From: an uncultured Verrucomicrobiae bacterium | GTDB lineage: Bacteria > Verrucomicrobiota > Verrucomicrobiia > Chthoniobacterales > Terrimicrobiaceae | Length of the DNA stretch: 64,000 nt | Assembly (NCBI GenBank): GCA_963706955.1 | Contig: CAVPOC010000008.1 | Span: 736,001 to 800,000 of the forward strand | Reading direction: 5' to 3' | Shown: positions 12,302 to 23,600 of the stretch, one piece after another | How the letters are laid out: each line of letters opens with the position of its first letter | Position numbering within the stretch: the stretch's first letter is position 1 | The notes under the pieces: model-generated | Seen by the model: the letters and a program-made list of their open reading frames with translations, nothing else | What the model was told of the DNA's origin: nothing | The model's database searches: none | Made by a program: the position numbers and the translations under genes

Positions 12302-15300
12302 TTCGAAGAAGGTGTCGGCGATTCCCACGCGCTCCAGGCCGAGAAGATCCGCAAAAATCTCGCATAAAATCCCCTCTTCCGGTGTCCTTGGTGGACGGTA
12401 ACAATCCGCGGCGTGCTCTGGCGCGGGAAGGGCGCTGCGATCCAACTTGCCGTTGGCATTTAACGGGAGCGTCTCCAACAACACAAAAGCAGAGGGAACC
12501 ATGTAGTCCGGCAGCCTCCGCTGAAGGAAGGTCCGCAGATTGGCCGTCGACAATGAGGAGGCGCCGAGATCCGGCAACGACGGGATGTGCGCAGTCTCTC
12601 GTGATTCTCTAAGTATTCTTCGCTCCGACGATGGTCGGATCGCGTAAACATAGTAGAGTTGCGTGTTTTCAAGCAGAACGTCTTGATCTATGGAAAGATC
12701 ATAGCCATGTCCCTTAAGAAGGATGGTAATCGCTTGTAAGTTATCCTTGGTGTCAGTCTCTAAGACGATCTGCTTGATCTTTGCCCAATCGGCTTCCTCG
12801 ATGCCGCTGAGAACATCCAGCTCGCTCTTCTCCACGTTGATCTTGAGAAGATCTATGCTTTCAAGGCCCTCCTCCTGGATAATCTCGGAGAGAGCCCGCA
12901 GTGGTGCCTCAAATGTCCGGGACGAAAGTCGCAGGTCGAGGAGATCGTCACTGTCCGCGATCAGATCGGCCATTTCAGCAGCGCCCGCCTTCTGCTGGTT
13001 CGCCATATAAGTTTTTACCAGTTCTTTCTCGGCTAAGGGATCGGCATAGAAACCGGAAAAAAGGGAAAATCCGGGGAAGAAGGTGAGCGTGGCAGTCTTC
13101 GATTTGTTGGATAGCCCGCAGGGAAAAATCTTTGCGTTGGGCGCGTAGAGGGAGGCGTTGGCCGTTAAGATTTCACATGCGGAGGGATTCGGTTCGAACG
13201 CGTAGATTTTCGGCTGCCGGCAAATCTGATTGGCAAACAGCGTGAACAACCCGATGTTGGCGCCCACGTCAAAGACACAGTCTCCGTCTTTGAGCGTGAT
13301 TCCATGCCTCAAGTATGCTTGGCGCTTAAAGATCTCGTCGTAGAGATAGTCGGTCTCATGCCTGTTGAGATGAGACACGGCCATGCCATTCGGGAGGACG
13401 TAACGTCGCTTGGCATCAATCATTCGGCCCGGTTCTTTAGGAACGACATAGGCCACGAGGCGGTTCTCACCAAACTGATCCCTTGCCGCGAGGGCCGCGA
13501 CTTGCATGATCCCGGGATGCTGCTCCAAGGCGGCCTCGATTTCGCGCGGTTCGACTCTGAACCCGCGAACCTTGACTTGATCATCAACGCGACCCAAAAA
13601 CTCGATATTGCCGTCAGGCAAGTAACGGGCTAGATCCCCGCTCTTGTAGAGACGCGCTCCGGCCTCCTGGCTAAACGGATTAGGAATAAATCTTTCGGCG
13701 GTGAGCTCCGGATGATTGAGGTAACCTCGGGCCAGGCAAAGTCCGCCAATATGCAGTTCACCCGCCACACCCACGGGAACGGGCTTGAGATGCTTATCCA
13801 GCAGGTAAATCTTGGTGTTGAAAACAGGACGTCCCAAGGGGAGATTTTTCAGTTCTGTGAAGACCGCACTAGCCTCTACTCGGTAGGTCAGAACTCCCAC
13901 GGTGGCCTCGGTTGGACCATAGTGGTTCATAACGACACACCCGGGATTGAGCGACCGGAGACTCTCTATCCAGTCGAGCCGGGAAGCTTCACCGCCGAGA
14001 ATGAGAAGCTTGCGCGGCAGCACTTGCGCCGAGCGCGTGCCATTTTGCAAGGCGGCGAGGTGCGAGGGAACAATCTTTAGACAGTCAATGGCGTGCTGGC
14101 TGAAGTAATCGTCCAAAGCGTCTGCATCGCCACTCCTCTCTTCCGAGATCACGTGAAGAGCTCCCCCGCCACACAGCGAGGTAAAGACAACCGTGTTCCC
14201 CAAATCGGCTGCGATGGTTGAGACTGTTGCAAAGCTTGCGTTACGCGGCAGTTTCAACAGTTCCAAGATGCCATGGAGGTAGTTTGTTACCTGGCGATGT
14301 TCGACGGCGACTCCCTTGGGTTGCCCCGTGGATCCCGACGTATACACCACATAGACCAGGTTCATAGGCTTGGTCGCACGATGGGGGTTTCCCGCGCTCT
14401 CCCGCGCGATGGCGTGCCAATCCCGATCTACTACAATAACCGATGCTGGGGTCTCGATGACTTTCGATACCGTCCGCTCCTGAGCAATGAGCAGCGAAAC
14501 CTTGGCGTCCTCCAACATAAACGCCAGGCGAGCGGCTGGATAGCTGGGGTCCAGGGGCACATAGGCGCCTCCGGCTTTAAGAATGCCTAGCATTGCTACG
14601 ATCATTTCCAGAGAGCGCTCCACCATAACGCCCACCAGCACCTCCGGCCCTACTCCTAATCTTTGTAGGTAATGCGCGAGTTGATTGGCCCGACGGTTGA
14701 GCTCCTGGTAGCTCAGCTGCTGATCCTCGAACACCACCGAGACGGCTTCAGGCGTCTGTTCCACCTGGGCCTCAAACAATTCCTGGATGCACTGATCTCT
14801 CGGAAAATCCCTGTCCGTGTCATTCCACTCAACTACGATTCGATTTCGCTCGGAAGGCGTTATCAACGGCAATTGCGAAATCTTCCTCCGAGGTTCTTCG
14901 GCAATCGCCTCGAGCAAGACTTTATAACTTTCCAGCAGGCGCACTGGCGTCGAAGCATCGAAGAGATCGGTGCTATACTCGACAGTTGTTATGAGCCGGT
15001 CACCCGCTTCCACCACGACAACGCTCAAATCAAATTTCGAGGTTCCATTGTCGATTCGCAGCAACTCGACATCGAGGTCTGGAGCATCGACGTCGAGCAG
15101 CGGAAGATTTTGAAAGCTAAAGCTGAGGTCGAAGAACGGATTGCGGTTTAATTGCCGCTCCGGCCTAAGCTCCTCGACCAGTTTTTCGAAAGGAACTTCC
15201 TGGGAATCATACGCACTCAGCGTCACTTCGCGAACTTTGACCAGAAGTTGCACGAACGAGGGATCGCCCGAAAGATCGGTTCGAAGCGCCATCGTGTTGG

Positions 15301-16300
15301 CAAAAAATCCGATGAGGCTCTCAAGCTCACTGCGTTCACGGTTAGCGATCGGCGATCCGACGATCACATCAGTCTCACCAGAATAACGCGACAACAGGAC
15401 CTTGAACGCCGCTAACAATACCATGAACAGAGTTGCCCCTTCCCTGCGGGCCAGCTGCTGCAAAGACTCTGTCAGTTCCGGTGGGAGGTGAGTGAACACG
15501 CGTGCACCCCGGAAAGTCGGCTCCGCGGGGCGTCGCTTATCCAGCGGGATCAGTTGAGCGGCGCCGACCCCCTCCAAACGCTTTCTCCAGACCTCCACCT
15601 GGCGCCGCAGCGTTGCACCGGCAAGCTCCTGCCGCTGCCAGGCAGCATAGTCGCCATATTGGATCGGAAGCGGGGGCGACGGAGAAGTGTCACCGCGCAA
15701 AAATCGCTCGTAGCCCGAGAACAATTCTCGGACCAGCACGCCAATCGACCAGCCGTCGCAGATGATGTGATGCAGGACCATCACAAAGATGTGCTCGCGC
15801 TCGGAGCAACGAAGAAGCTTGGCACGCCACAACGGCCCCTTGGTAAGATTCAGAGGATGGCGTGCCTCGCGGACTGCTTCGGAGCGCGCCGTTTTCAGGC
15901 GCTGGGATTCAGGGAGTCGTTCCAAACTGATCGTCGACAATTTCGTTGGTCGGAATGGGGCTTCATATTGAACCGGATCGCCATTGCGCTGTTCAAACCT
16001 GGCGCGGAGTAACTCATGCCGGCGAAGAATCTCATTTAAGCTCCTTTCCAAGGCGTTGGTATCCAGTCGACCAAGAAAGCGAACTGCAATCGGTGCGTTG
16101 TAGGCCACATTCTCGGGATAAAGTTGATCCAGAAACCAAACGCCTCGCTGCGTGTAGGATAGTGGAGCGGGAACACTTCGATCTCGAGAAGGGATTCGCC
16201 CGCGGCCAGTAGTCGGACGCCCGAAAGCCGACAGGCGAGCAGCCAGCAATGCCCTCTTTTCAGGCGAAAGCGAGGTAATCCTAGCAGCGATGTCACTCAT
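12104..16300 (-). CDS. NRPS C-A(Asp/Asn-type)-[FkbM methyltransferase]-A-T
   Basis: 1398-aa intact ORF. A domain has ADLGNT, LKIVPSHL, NHYGPTEATVG (code DLTKIGHVGK). The inserted MT has VFDVGANIGLF, YAFEP and IDLLKINVEKSE, placed before LPDYMVP. T has LGGHSL. Confidence 0.95.
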   Translation of the reverse strand: MSDIAARITSLSPEKRALLAARLSAFGRPTTGRGRIPSRDRSVPAPLSYTQRGVWFLDQLYPENVAYNAPIAVRFLGRLDTNALERSLNEILRRHELLRARFEQRNGDPVQYEAPFRPTKLSTISLERLPESQRLKTARSEAVREARHPLNLTKGPLWRAKLLRCSEREHIFVMVLHHIICDGWSIGVLVRELFSGYERFLRGDTSPSPPLPIQYGDYAAWQRQELAGATLRRQVEVWRKRLEGVGAAQLIPLDKRRPAEPTFRGARVFTHLPPELTESLQQLARREGATLFMVLLAAFKVLLSRYSGETDVIVGSPIANRERSELESLIGFFANTMALRTDLSGDPSFVQLLVKVREVTLSAYDSQEVPFEKLVEELRPERQLNRNPFFDLSFSFQNLPLLDVDAPDLDVELLRIDNGTSKFDLSVVVVEAGDRLITTVEYSTDLFDASTPVRLLESYKVLLEAIAEEPRRKISQLPLITPSERNRIVVEWNDTDRDFPRDQCIQELFEAQVEQTPEAVSVVFEDQQLSYQELNRRANQLAHYLQRLGVGPEVLVGVMVERSLEMIVAMLGILKAGGAYVPLDPSYPAARLAFMLEDAKVSLLIAQERTVSKVIETPASVIVVDRDWHAIARESAGNPHRATKPMNLVYVVYTSGSTGQPKGVAVEHRQVTNYLHGILELLKLPRNASFATVSTIAADLGNTVVFTSLCGGGALHVISEERSGDADALDDYFSQHAIDCLKIVPSHLAALQNGTRSAQVLPRKLLILGGEASRLDWIESLRSLNPGCVVMNHYGPTEATVGVLTYRVEASAVFTELKNLPLGRPVFNTKIYLLDKHLKPVPVGVAGELHIGGLCLARGYLNHPELTAERFIPNPFSQEAGARLYKSGDLARYLPDGNIEFLGRVDDQVKVRGFRVEPREIEAALEQHPGIMQVAALAARDQFGENRLVAYVVPKEPGRMIDAKRRYVLPNGMAVSHLNRHETDYLYDEIFKRQAYLRHGITLKDGDCVFDVGANIGLFTLFANQICRQPKIYAFEPNPSACEILTANASLYAPNAKIFPCGLSNKSKTATLTFFPGFSLFSGFYADPLAEKELVKTYMANQQKAGAAEMADLIADSDDLLDLRLSSRTFEAPLRALSEIIQEEGLESIDLLKINVEKSELDVLSGIEEADWAKIKQIVLETDTKDNLQAITILLKGHGYDLSIDQDVLLENTQLYYVYAIRPSSERRILRESRETAHIPSLPDLGASSLSTANLRTFLQRRLPDYMVPSAFVLLETLPLNANGKLDRSALPAPEHAADCYRPPRTPEEGILCEIFADLLGLERVGIADTFFELGGHSLLAMRVISRLRSASGLDIPLRVFFENATVAALAEYIDGARCSGAKTPLAPLAVDHEELVL

Positions 16301-16307
16301 TCGAGGA

Positions 16308-19300
16308 TCAAAGGCGAGCCGGCACCGCTGGCTTGGGACGGCCGGCGGCCCTAAGTAGATCGGCCAGGCCCGCGAGGTGCTTCAAACCATCCATGGTCGT
16401 GTCGTAATCGATACCGAAATCGATCAGACAGGCAATTTCATCAACGCCGATCGCGGCAAACTTCTCAACCGTGCTCAGGCAGGATTCGGCAGTTCCAAAA
16501 AGCGAACCGTGTTCGTAGAAGCGATCAAAGGCGAGCGATAAAAGAGTCTCTTCTTCGGAAGACGAAAGTGGTCGACCTGTCGACGACAGAAAATCGAGAT
16601 GGGACTTGAGATACTCTCGAAATGGTCCACTCACAATTCGTCGCACTTCATCGGCGTTCGAACCGACAAACGCATGCAGCATTAGAGTGACCTTTCCAGC
16701 GGCTGGATCGTGGCCATGCTCGGACCGCGCCTGCCGGTAAGCGGCAATTTTTTCCGCCATTTCCTCCGCGTTGATTCGAAGGACCGCGGTCAACACATTG
16801 GCTCCGATGCGGCCAGCCTGGATGAACGTCTCGGTTGACCGCGTCGCAGTCAACCATACCGGCAGTTCCGGCTGGATCGGCCTTGGAAAAAGCACTCGCT
16901 CGGCCTGCTCACCGGTCCCGGTTTTTCCTCGGACCGGCTCCCCACGCCAGTAGCGCCGCACCGCCTCGACAACTTCGATCGTTAAGTTCGATCGTTCGCT
17001 GAACTTCTCGGGAGAGAGCATGAAATCAACGGGATGAAAGCCTGTAGCGAAAGCGATAGCAACCCGACCACGAGAAAGGTTGTCAACCAACGCCCATTCC
17101 TCAGCGATCCGAACCGGACTCTGCAGCGGCGCAATCACGCTGCCGGCGCGTATCCTAATTGTTTTCGTGATGGCCGCAAGGGCTGCCCCTAACACTGCAG
17201 GATTCGGGTAAAGCCCACCGAAACGATGAAAGTGGCGCTCAGGCGTCCAGACCGCAGAGAAGCCTCGATTGTCTGCGAACCGTGTCGCGTCAATCACGAG
17301 CTGATATTTGTCATTGGGAAACGCTGACTCATCACCGGAAAAGAAGAAGAGACTCAACTCTACCGAGGACGGCTCGGCACTGGATTCTGTCGGTGCCAGG
17401 GGGTCATTTGCGCGATTCGGCTCGCGATTCGGCTCCTTTGCGAGCAGCGCCGCGGCTTCATCAACCCGAAGAGCCTCGATCTCGGAGAGCAAATCTTCGA
17501 GACCAGGCACTTCGCTGGCTTGGGCTTGAGCAAGCGCGATCGACTCCGCCATGGCCAGGACGGTGGGAGTTCTCAAAAACTCGCCGACGGGGACGTCTAT
17601 CTCGAACCGATCTCTCACACGTGAAATTAGTTGGACGGCCATGAGCGAATTCCCGCCCAACTCGAGAAAGCTCTCACGGATGTCAAAGTCTCCAGTGCCC
17701 AACACTTGCTGCCATAGATCGGCCACTTGCCTTTCAAGCGGGTTACGGGGAGCAAGGATTTGTCGAACGTGACTTCCTCGCGGTTCCGCCGGCAATTTCT
17801 CTCCGTCGGAAGGCGCACTGGTCCAATCCTTCAAAACGAGCTTTTTCGACGTGCCGGTCGTTTCCTCCTTTTTGCGTTCGATCCAATAGCGCTGCCGCTC
17901 GAAGGGATATCCGGGCAACGCCACCCGCGCAGGCGGCTCCCCTCTATAAACATTTGCCCAGTTGACCGGCTGCCCCGCCAGCCAAAGCCTGCCCAAAGTC
18001 CAGAGTGCAAAGCCGTCTTCCGAAATCGTCTGGTTCGAACTTTGGCACGAGGAGAGAACGACGTGCTTCTTCGAAACCGCCGGATGGGACCTTGCCAGCT
18101 TCGAGAGGAGTTGGCCTGGCCCGACCTCAAGGAAGATTCTTCCTTCCGTCCGGGCCAATGCCTCGAGGGCAGGCGAGAAACGAATCGTTTCGCGCGCTTC
18201 GCGGGCCCAATAGACCGGATCCGTGAGGTCCTCTGCGGTTGCGCGTGTCCCCGAAAGAGTTGAGAAGAAGTTGGTCTCAGGCGCCCGGAAACTTATACTG
18301 GCCGCCACTCGCCGGTAGGGCTCGACGATCGGTTCCATCATCCGCGAATGGTAGCCATGCGGGACAACAATCGTTTTGTAAGCGACGCGTTGCTTGTCGA
18401 GTCTTCGCTTGAAATCCTCCATGGCCTCGTGGGGACCAGCAACGGTTGTGTGATTTGGACCGTTGATGGCGCCGATGTCCAGCGCTTCTCCCAGTAGAGG
18501 CGTGACGCCTTCTTCGCTGAGGGCCACCGCCAGCATCGCCCCGGGAGGCAATTGCTGCATCATGCGGGACCGCTCCCCCGTGATGCGGACCGCGTCTGGC
18601 AAGGAGATCACCCCGGCGACCGTGCCGGCAACAATCTCTCCAATGCTATAACCGAGGACGGATTCTGGCTCAACTCCCCAGCTTTTCCACAGCATCGCCA
18701 GAGCGTAGGAAGTCATGAAGAGAGCGGACTGGATATAAAACGCGCGTTGAAGGCAGACGCGGGCATTTTCTTGCCCCTGGGCGGTCGGGAAGATGATTTC
18801 ACGAAGATCGACATCGAAGCCCGCCTTAAACAATTCGCTGCACTCGTCGATGCTCCGACGCACGACAGGTTCGGTCTCATAGAGTCCGCGCGTCATATTC
18901 ACCTCGTGTGAACCGTGCCCGGGAAATAGGAATGTCACCGGGGGAGGCGGCCCTTCGAGGAGGCCGCTCGCGACACGCGACGAGTCATCGGATTCAATCG
19001 CCGCAACGGCCTCGGCAGTCGACCGACAAAGAACTATGCGACGCCAGGCAAATTCCGCACGCCCGGCCTGCAGAGTGAAAGCGACGCTCGCAAGATCGAT
19101 ACCGGGATTCTCTTGCAGGAATCGCGACAGATTTTGCGTCGAAGTCGCCAACGCGCTCTCCGACTTCGCGGAGATCACCAGGAGGTGCCAAGTGCGCAAA
19201 AGGTCTTCCTTTCTTGTCGATGGAGCCTCTTCGACGATCACGTGTGCGTTTGTTCCGCCGAACCCGAGCGAAGTAACCCCAGCGCGGCGAGGCCGGCTGC

Positions 19301-20541
19301 CCCGTCTCCATCGCCTCAATTCGGCATTGACAAAGAACGGACCGTCGCCAAGGCCGCACGCGGGATTTGGCTCCAGAAAGTTGACGGTGGGGGGAAGTGC
19401 TTCATGCTCCAGCGCGAGGACCGTTTTGATAAGTCCGGCTACTCCCGAGGCCGCGTCCGCGTGCCCGATGTTGCCTTTGACCGAGCCAATCGCGCACCGT
19501 TCATCGAGATCTCGCCCGGCCCCTAGAGCCAATCTGATCGCCTCGATTTCAACCGGGTCGCCTTTTTGCGTGCCCGTTCCGTGCGCCTCGATGTAGTCGA
19601 TCTCATTTGCCTCCAGACCCGCCACGGCTAGCGCCTTGCTGATGGCGGCTGCCTGCCTCGGAGCGCTGGGGGCCGTGAACCCTGATTTTGATGCGCCGTC
19701 GTTATTTACTGCCGAACCTCTGATAACTGCACGGATCGGATCGCCGTCGGCCAGAGCATTCCGTAGCGGCTTGAGAACGACCACTCCGATGCCCGAACCA
19801 AAAACCGTCCCTCGACGCGCGCGCATCGAAAGGACGCGTGTGTCCGTCCGGAGAATAGATTCCGCTTTCCTTATGAATGTAACCGGCCTTCTGCGGAACT
19901 CGGACGGAAACACCGCCCGCCACGGCCATGTCGCATTCCCGGTTTAGAAGACTCTGACACGCCACGTGCACGGCCACCAGTGACGTAGAACATGCCGTCT
20001 GGACGGTGATGGCTGGTCCCCGCAGATCTAATTTGAAGGCGACACGCGTCGCCAGGTAGTCGTTATCGCTGCCGATCACGATTTGATAGTCGTCCAGAGC
20101 CTCCTGGAGCATTTCGTCCCGGCTAACGTTTCGCACGAAGTAGGAGTTCCTGGCCGCCCCCGCGAAAACGCCTATTTCACCCTGAAACCTATACGGGTCG
20201 CATCCCGCATTCTCCAAGGCATGCCAGGCGCATTCCAAAAAGAGTCGGTGCTGCGGGTCGGTAATCTGAGCGTCGCGGGCGGACATATCGAAGAACGAGG
20301 CATCAAAGAGATCAACGCCCTCGAGCACTGCCGCGGCTCTCACATAGCGTGCGTCGAGACCTCGTCGGGAAGCCACGCCCGCGGCGTCAAGCTCTGCATC
20401 GGATAGAACCGAAATCGCTTCGAGCCCATCGCGTAGGTTCCTCCAAAAATCTTCAAGGCATCCTGCCCCGGGGAAGCGACCTGACATTCCCAGGATCGCA
20501 ATACCCGAACTCTCCGATGCTAAGCTCCCAATCACCGCCAT
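16308..20541 (-). CDS. Type I PKS KS-AT-ACP fused to a luciferase-like (MupA/Atu3671-type) monooxygenase; frameshift near 19812
   Basis: KS has TACSTSL, EAHGTGT and NIGHAD. AT has GYSIGE and HGYHS. ACP has LGGNSL. The LLM domain has SLFFFS and WTPERHFHRFGGLYPNP. No KR or DH motifs. Confidence 0.93.
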
Positions 20542-20620
20542 GGCCGCGACAAAACGTGCACTTCCACGCAGAATGTTTCTTCGTCAGGATCGGGCATAGA
20601 TGGTGTGAAATGAAAGATTC

Positions 20621-23600
20621 TCAAAGTAAGGCTTCTTCTCGAAAAACGTCCTTGGGCGGCTCGGAACGATTGCTCTCCTCCTCTCGAGACCTCGCAATAA
20701 AGCGACCCATCTCGGCAAGAGTCGGATGGTCGAAGACGGCGCGCAGAGGGATCTCGACTCCAAAACGACTCCGCAATTGGGAAACAACTCTGGTGGCCAA
20801 AAGGGAGTGCCCGCCCAGTTCAAAAAAACTTTCATGCGGCGCGATCGCCTCCACCTCGAGCACCTCCGACCACACCGAGGCGGTCATCTCTTCGAACGGA
20901 CTCAGCGCTGCTGAATCGTGTTGGATCTGCCTTTCGGGCTTAGGGAGTGCCAGACGATCTATCTTACCGCTCGGCGTCGTGGGCAGCTCCTCCACTCGGA
21001 CTATCCGTGAAGGAATCATGTAGAAGGGCAGCTTCTCCTCCAGGTAAGTCCTCCAACTGCTAAGGATGTTATCATCCCGGGTAACCACGTAGCCGACCAG
21101 CTGCCGCTGGCCAGTTTTCTCCTCTCGAGCGACAACAACCGCATTTTCCACTTCCGGGTGAGCCTTCAAGACAGCCTCGATCTCGCCCGGTTCAATCCGA
21201 AAACCGCGAATCTTGGTCTGTGAGTCCGCTCGCCCGATGAACTCGATGTTGCCATCAGGAAGGTATTTAACAATGTCTCCGGTGCGATAAAGCCGCTCGG
21301 CCTGGTCCCCACCAAAACGCTCGGAAACGAAGCGCTCACGCGTCAGTTCAGGCTGGTTGAGATAGCCCTCGGCCACGCCAGCTCCCCCAAGATAAAGCTC
21401 GCCTGGAACTCCCGCGGGCAAAGGATTTCCATACTTGTCGAGAACGTAGGCCGTCGTGTTGGAGATCGGCCGTCCGATCGGAACGGTCGTCGCATTCTCT
21501 TCTACATGGGTCACCGGATAGAACGTGGCAAACGTCGTGCACTCGGTCGGACCGTAAACGTGCAGCAACCGACGCGGAGGACCGCCACTTTCCAAAACTT
21601 GGCGAACCGACCTGGGGTTAACGGCCTCACCGCCAAAGAGCACCTGCTTGACGCCCTGGAAAATTCCGGCGTTTTCAGCGACCATTTCGTTGAACAAGGC
21701 GGTCGTCAAAAACACTGTGGTCACTTTCCCACGCTTGAGCTCAGCGCCTAAACGATGGGGGTCGAGGGCCACGCTTTTCGGAATCAGCACGATACACCCA
21801 CCCGTGAGCAAGGCGCCCCAAATCTCGAACGTTGCGGCATCAAAGCAAACATGAGAAAGATGTGCGATGCGATCTTGCGGGCCCAACTCCACGTAATTGG
21901 TGTTGAGCACAAGGCGCATGATGGCGCGATGCGACACGACGACCCCCTTCGGCGTCCCCGTCGATCCCGAGGTGAAAATCACGTAAGCGGGATCCCGCGA
22001 TGTCACTTCAGGTCGGGCGTTCTCTGTGGACGAGGTTCTTGCCTTGTCGCCCCCAATCAGCGACCATTCCCCGTCTAAATAGATCACCTTCGCGTTGAAC
22101 GCGGGAAGAGAGGTCGCCGCCTCCGGGATGGTCAGAATGACCGGTGTGGCAACGTCATTCAGAATGAAGGCCTGACGCTCGGCCGGATAAGCCGGATCCA
22201 GTGGGACGTAAGCGCCACCGGCTTTCAGGATTCCCAGCATCCCAATAATCATCTCGATGGATCGATCCATGCACAATGCGACACGTGATCCTGCAACGAT
22301 CCCCTGACTCCGGAGATAATCCGCGAGTCTATCGGAGCGTTCGTTCAATTCCCGGTAATTCAGGGATGCGCCTTCGCCCGCGACTGCAAGCGCTTCCGGC
22401 CGAAGGCGGGCGAGCCATTCGAATTCCTCATGGACGCATCGATCGGCGGGGTACGGCGCGGCGGTCCGATTCCAATTAACGACGATTTGCTCAGTTTCGT
22501 CTTTCGTGAGCAAGGACAACTGGCCGATGCGGATGTCGGGATGGTTCACTATCCCCTCGAGCAGTATCTCGAAATGTCGGGCCATGCGCTCGATGGTCGT
22601 CGCTTGAAAAAGATCCGTGCTGTATTCAAGCAAACCGGACAGCTGCTCCTCTTGATTTCGAAATTCCAGGAGAAGGTCAAAGCGCGTCATGCCAAAGTCG
22701 ATGGGCAACCGCTGAACCTCTAGACCGTCGAGCTTTAAGCCCTGGTCGTCCCCACGCTGGTGGAGGACGAAAGACACCTGAAACAGCGGATTCCGCAAGT
22801 GGAGACGTTCGGGACGCAATTGCTCGACCAGCACCTCGAACGGCATGTCCTGGTGGTCCCATGCTTCGATCACATTCCCATGCACGAGGCGCAGGAGTTG
22901 GCGAAAGGTTGGATTGTCGTTGCATTGTGTTCGCAGCACCAGTGTGTTGGCAAAGCAGCCGACGACAGTCTGAGTCTCGGCCATGCAGCGGTCGGACACG
23001 GCCGTCCCCACAGTGATGTCGTTCTGCCCGGAGTATCGGTGCAACAAAGTCTTAAATGCTGCCAGAAGGGTCGTGAACAGCGTGACACCCTCCCGCCGGC
23101 TCAACAGCTTGAGAGCTTGCGACAGGTCGGACGGAAGATTGAAGCGATGCGTCGCACCTCGACCGGAAGGCGAACCGCTCACGGGTCGATCCGTGGGCAG
23201 ATTCAGCTCCGCGGCACCGGCAAGCTTTCCTTTCCAATAGCCCAGCAACTCCTCGAGCATCTGGCCATTAAGACGTTCCCGCTGCCACTTCGCGTAATCG
23301 CAATACCGGCTCGTAAGCGTTTCGAGGGAGGGACGTCGACCGTTGGAATTCGCATCATAAAGAGCCGAAAGATCCCGCAGCATGACGTTGACCGACCACC
23401 CATCGACCACAAAGTGATGCGTGGTGAGCAGAAGCGCGTAGCGATCCTCCGCAAGCTGGAAGAGCGTCGCGTGCAAAAGAGGCGAGCGATCCAATGCAAA
23501 GGGTCGCCTTGCTTCGAGGGCGATCAAGCTTTGCAACTCGCGCTCTCGCTTGGGCTCTGGAATAGTCCGCAGATCGACGATTTCCAGAGGCATGCTGGTC

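Noticed and set aside
17411..17434. 12-bp tandem repeat (EPNR x2) in the ACP-LLM linker
   Set aside because: Two copies in a flexible linker; trivial slippage.
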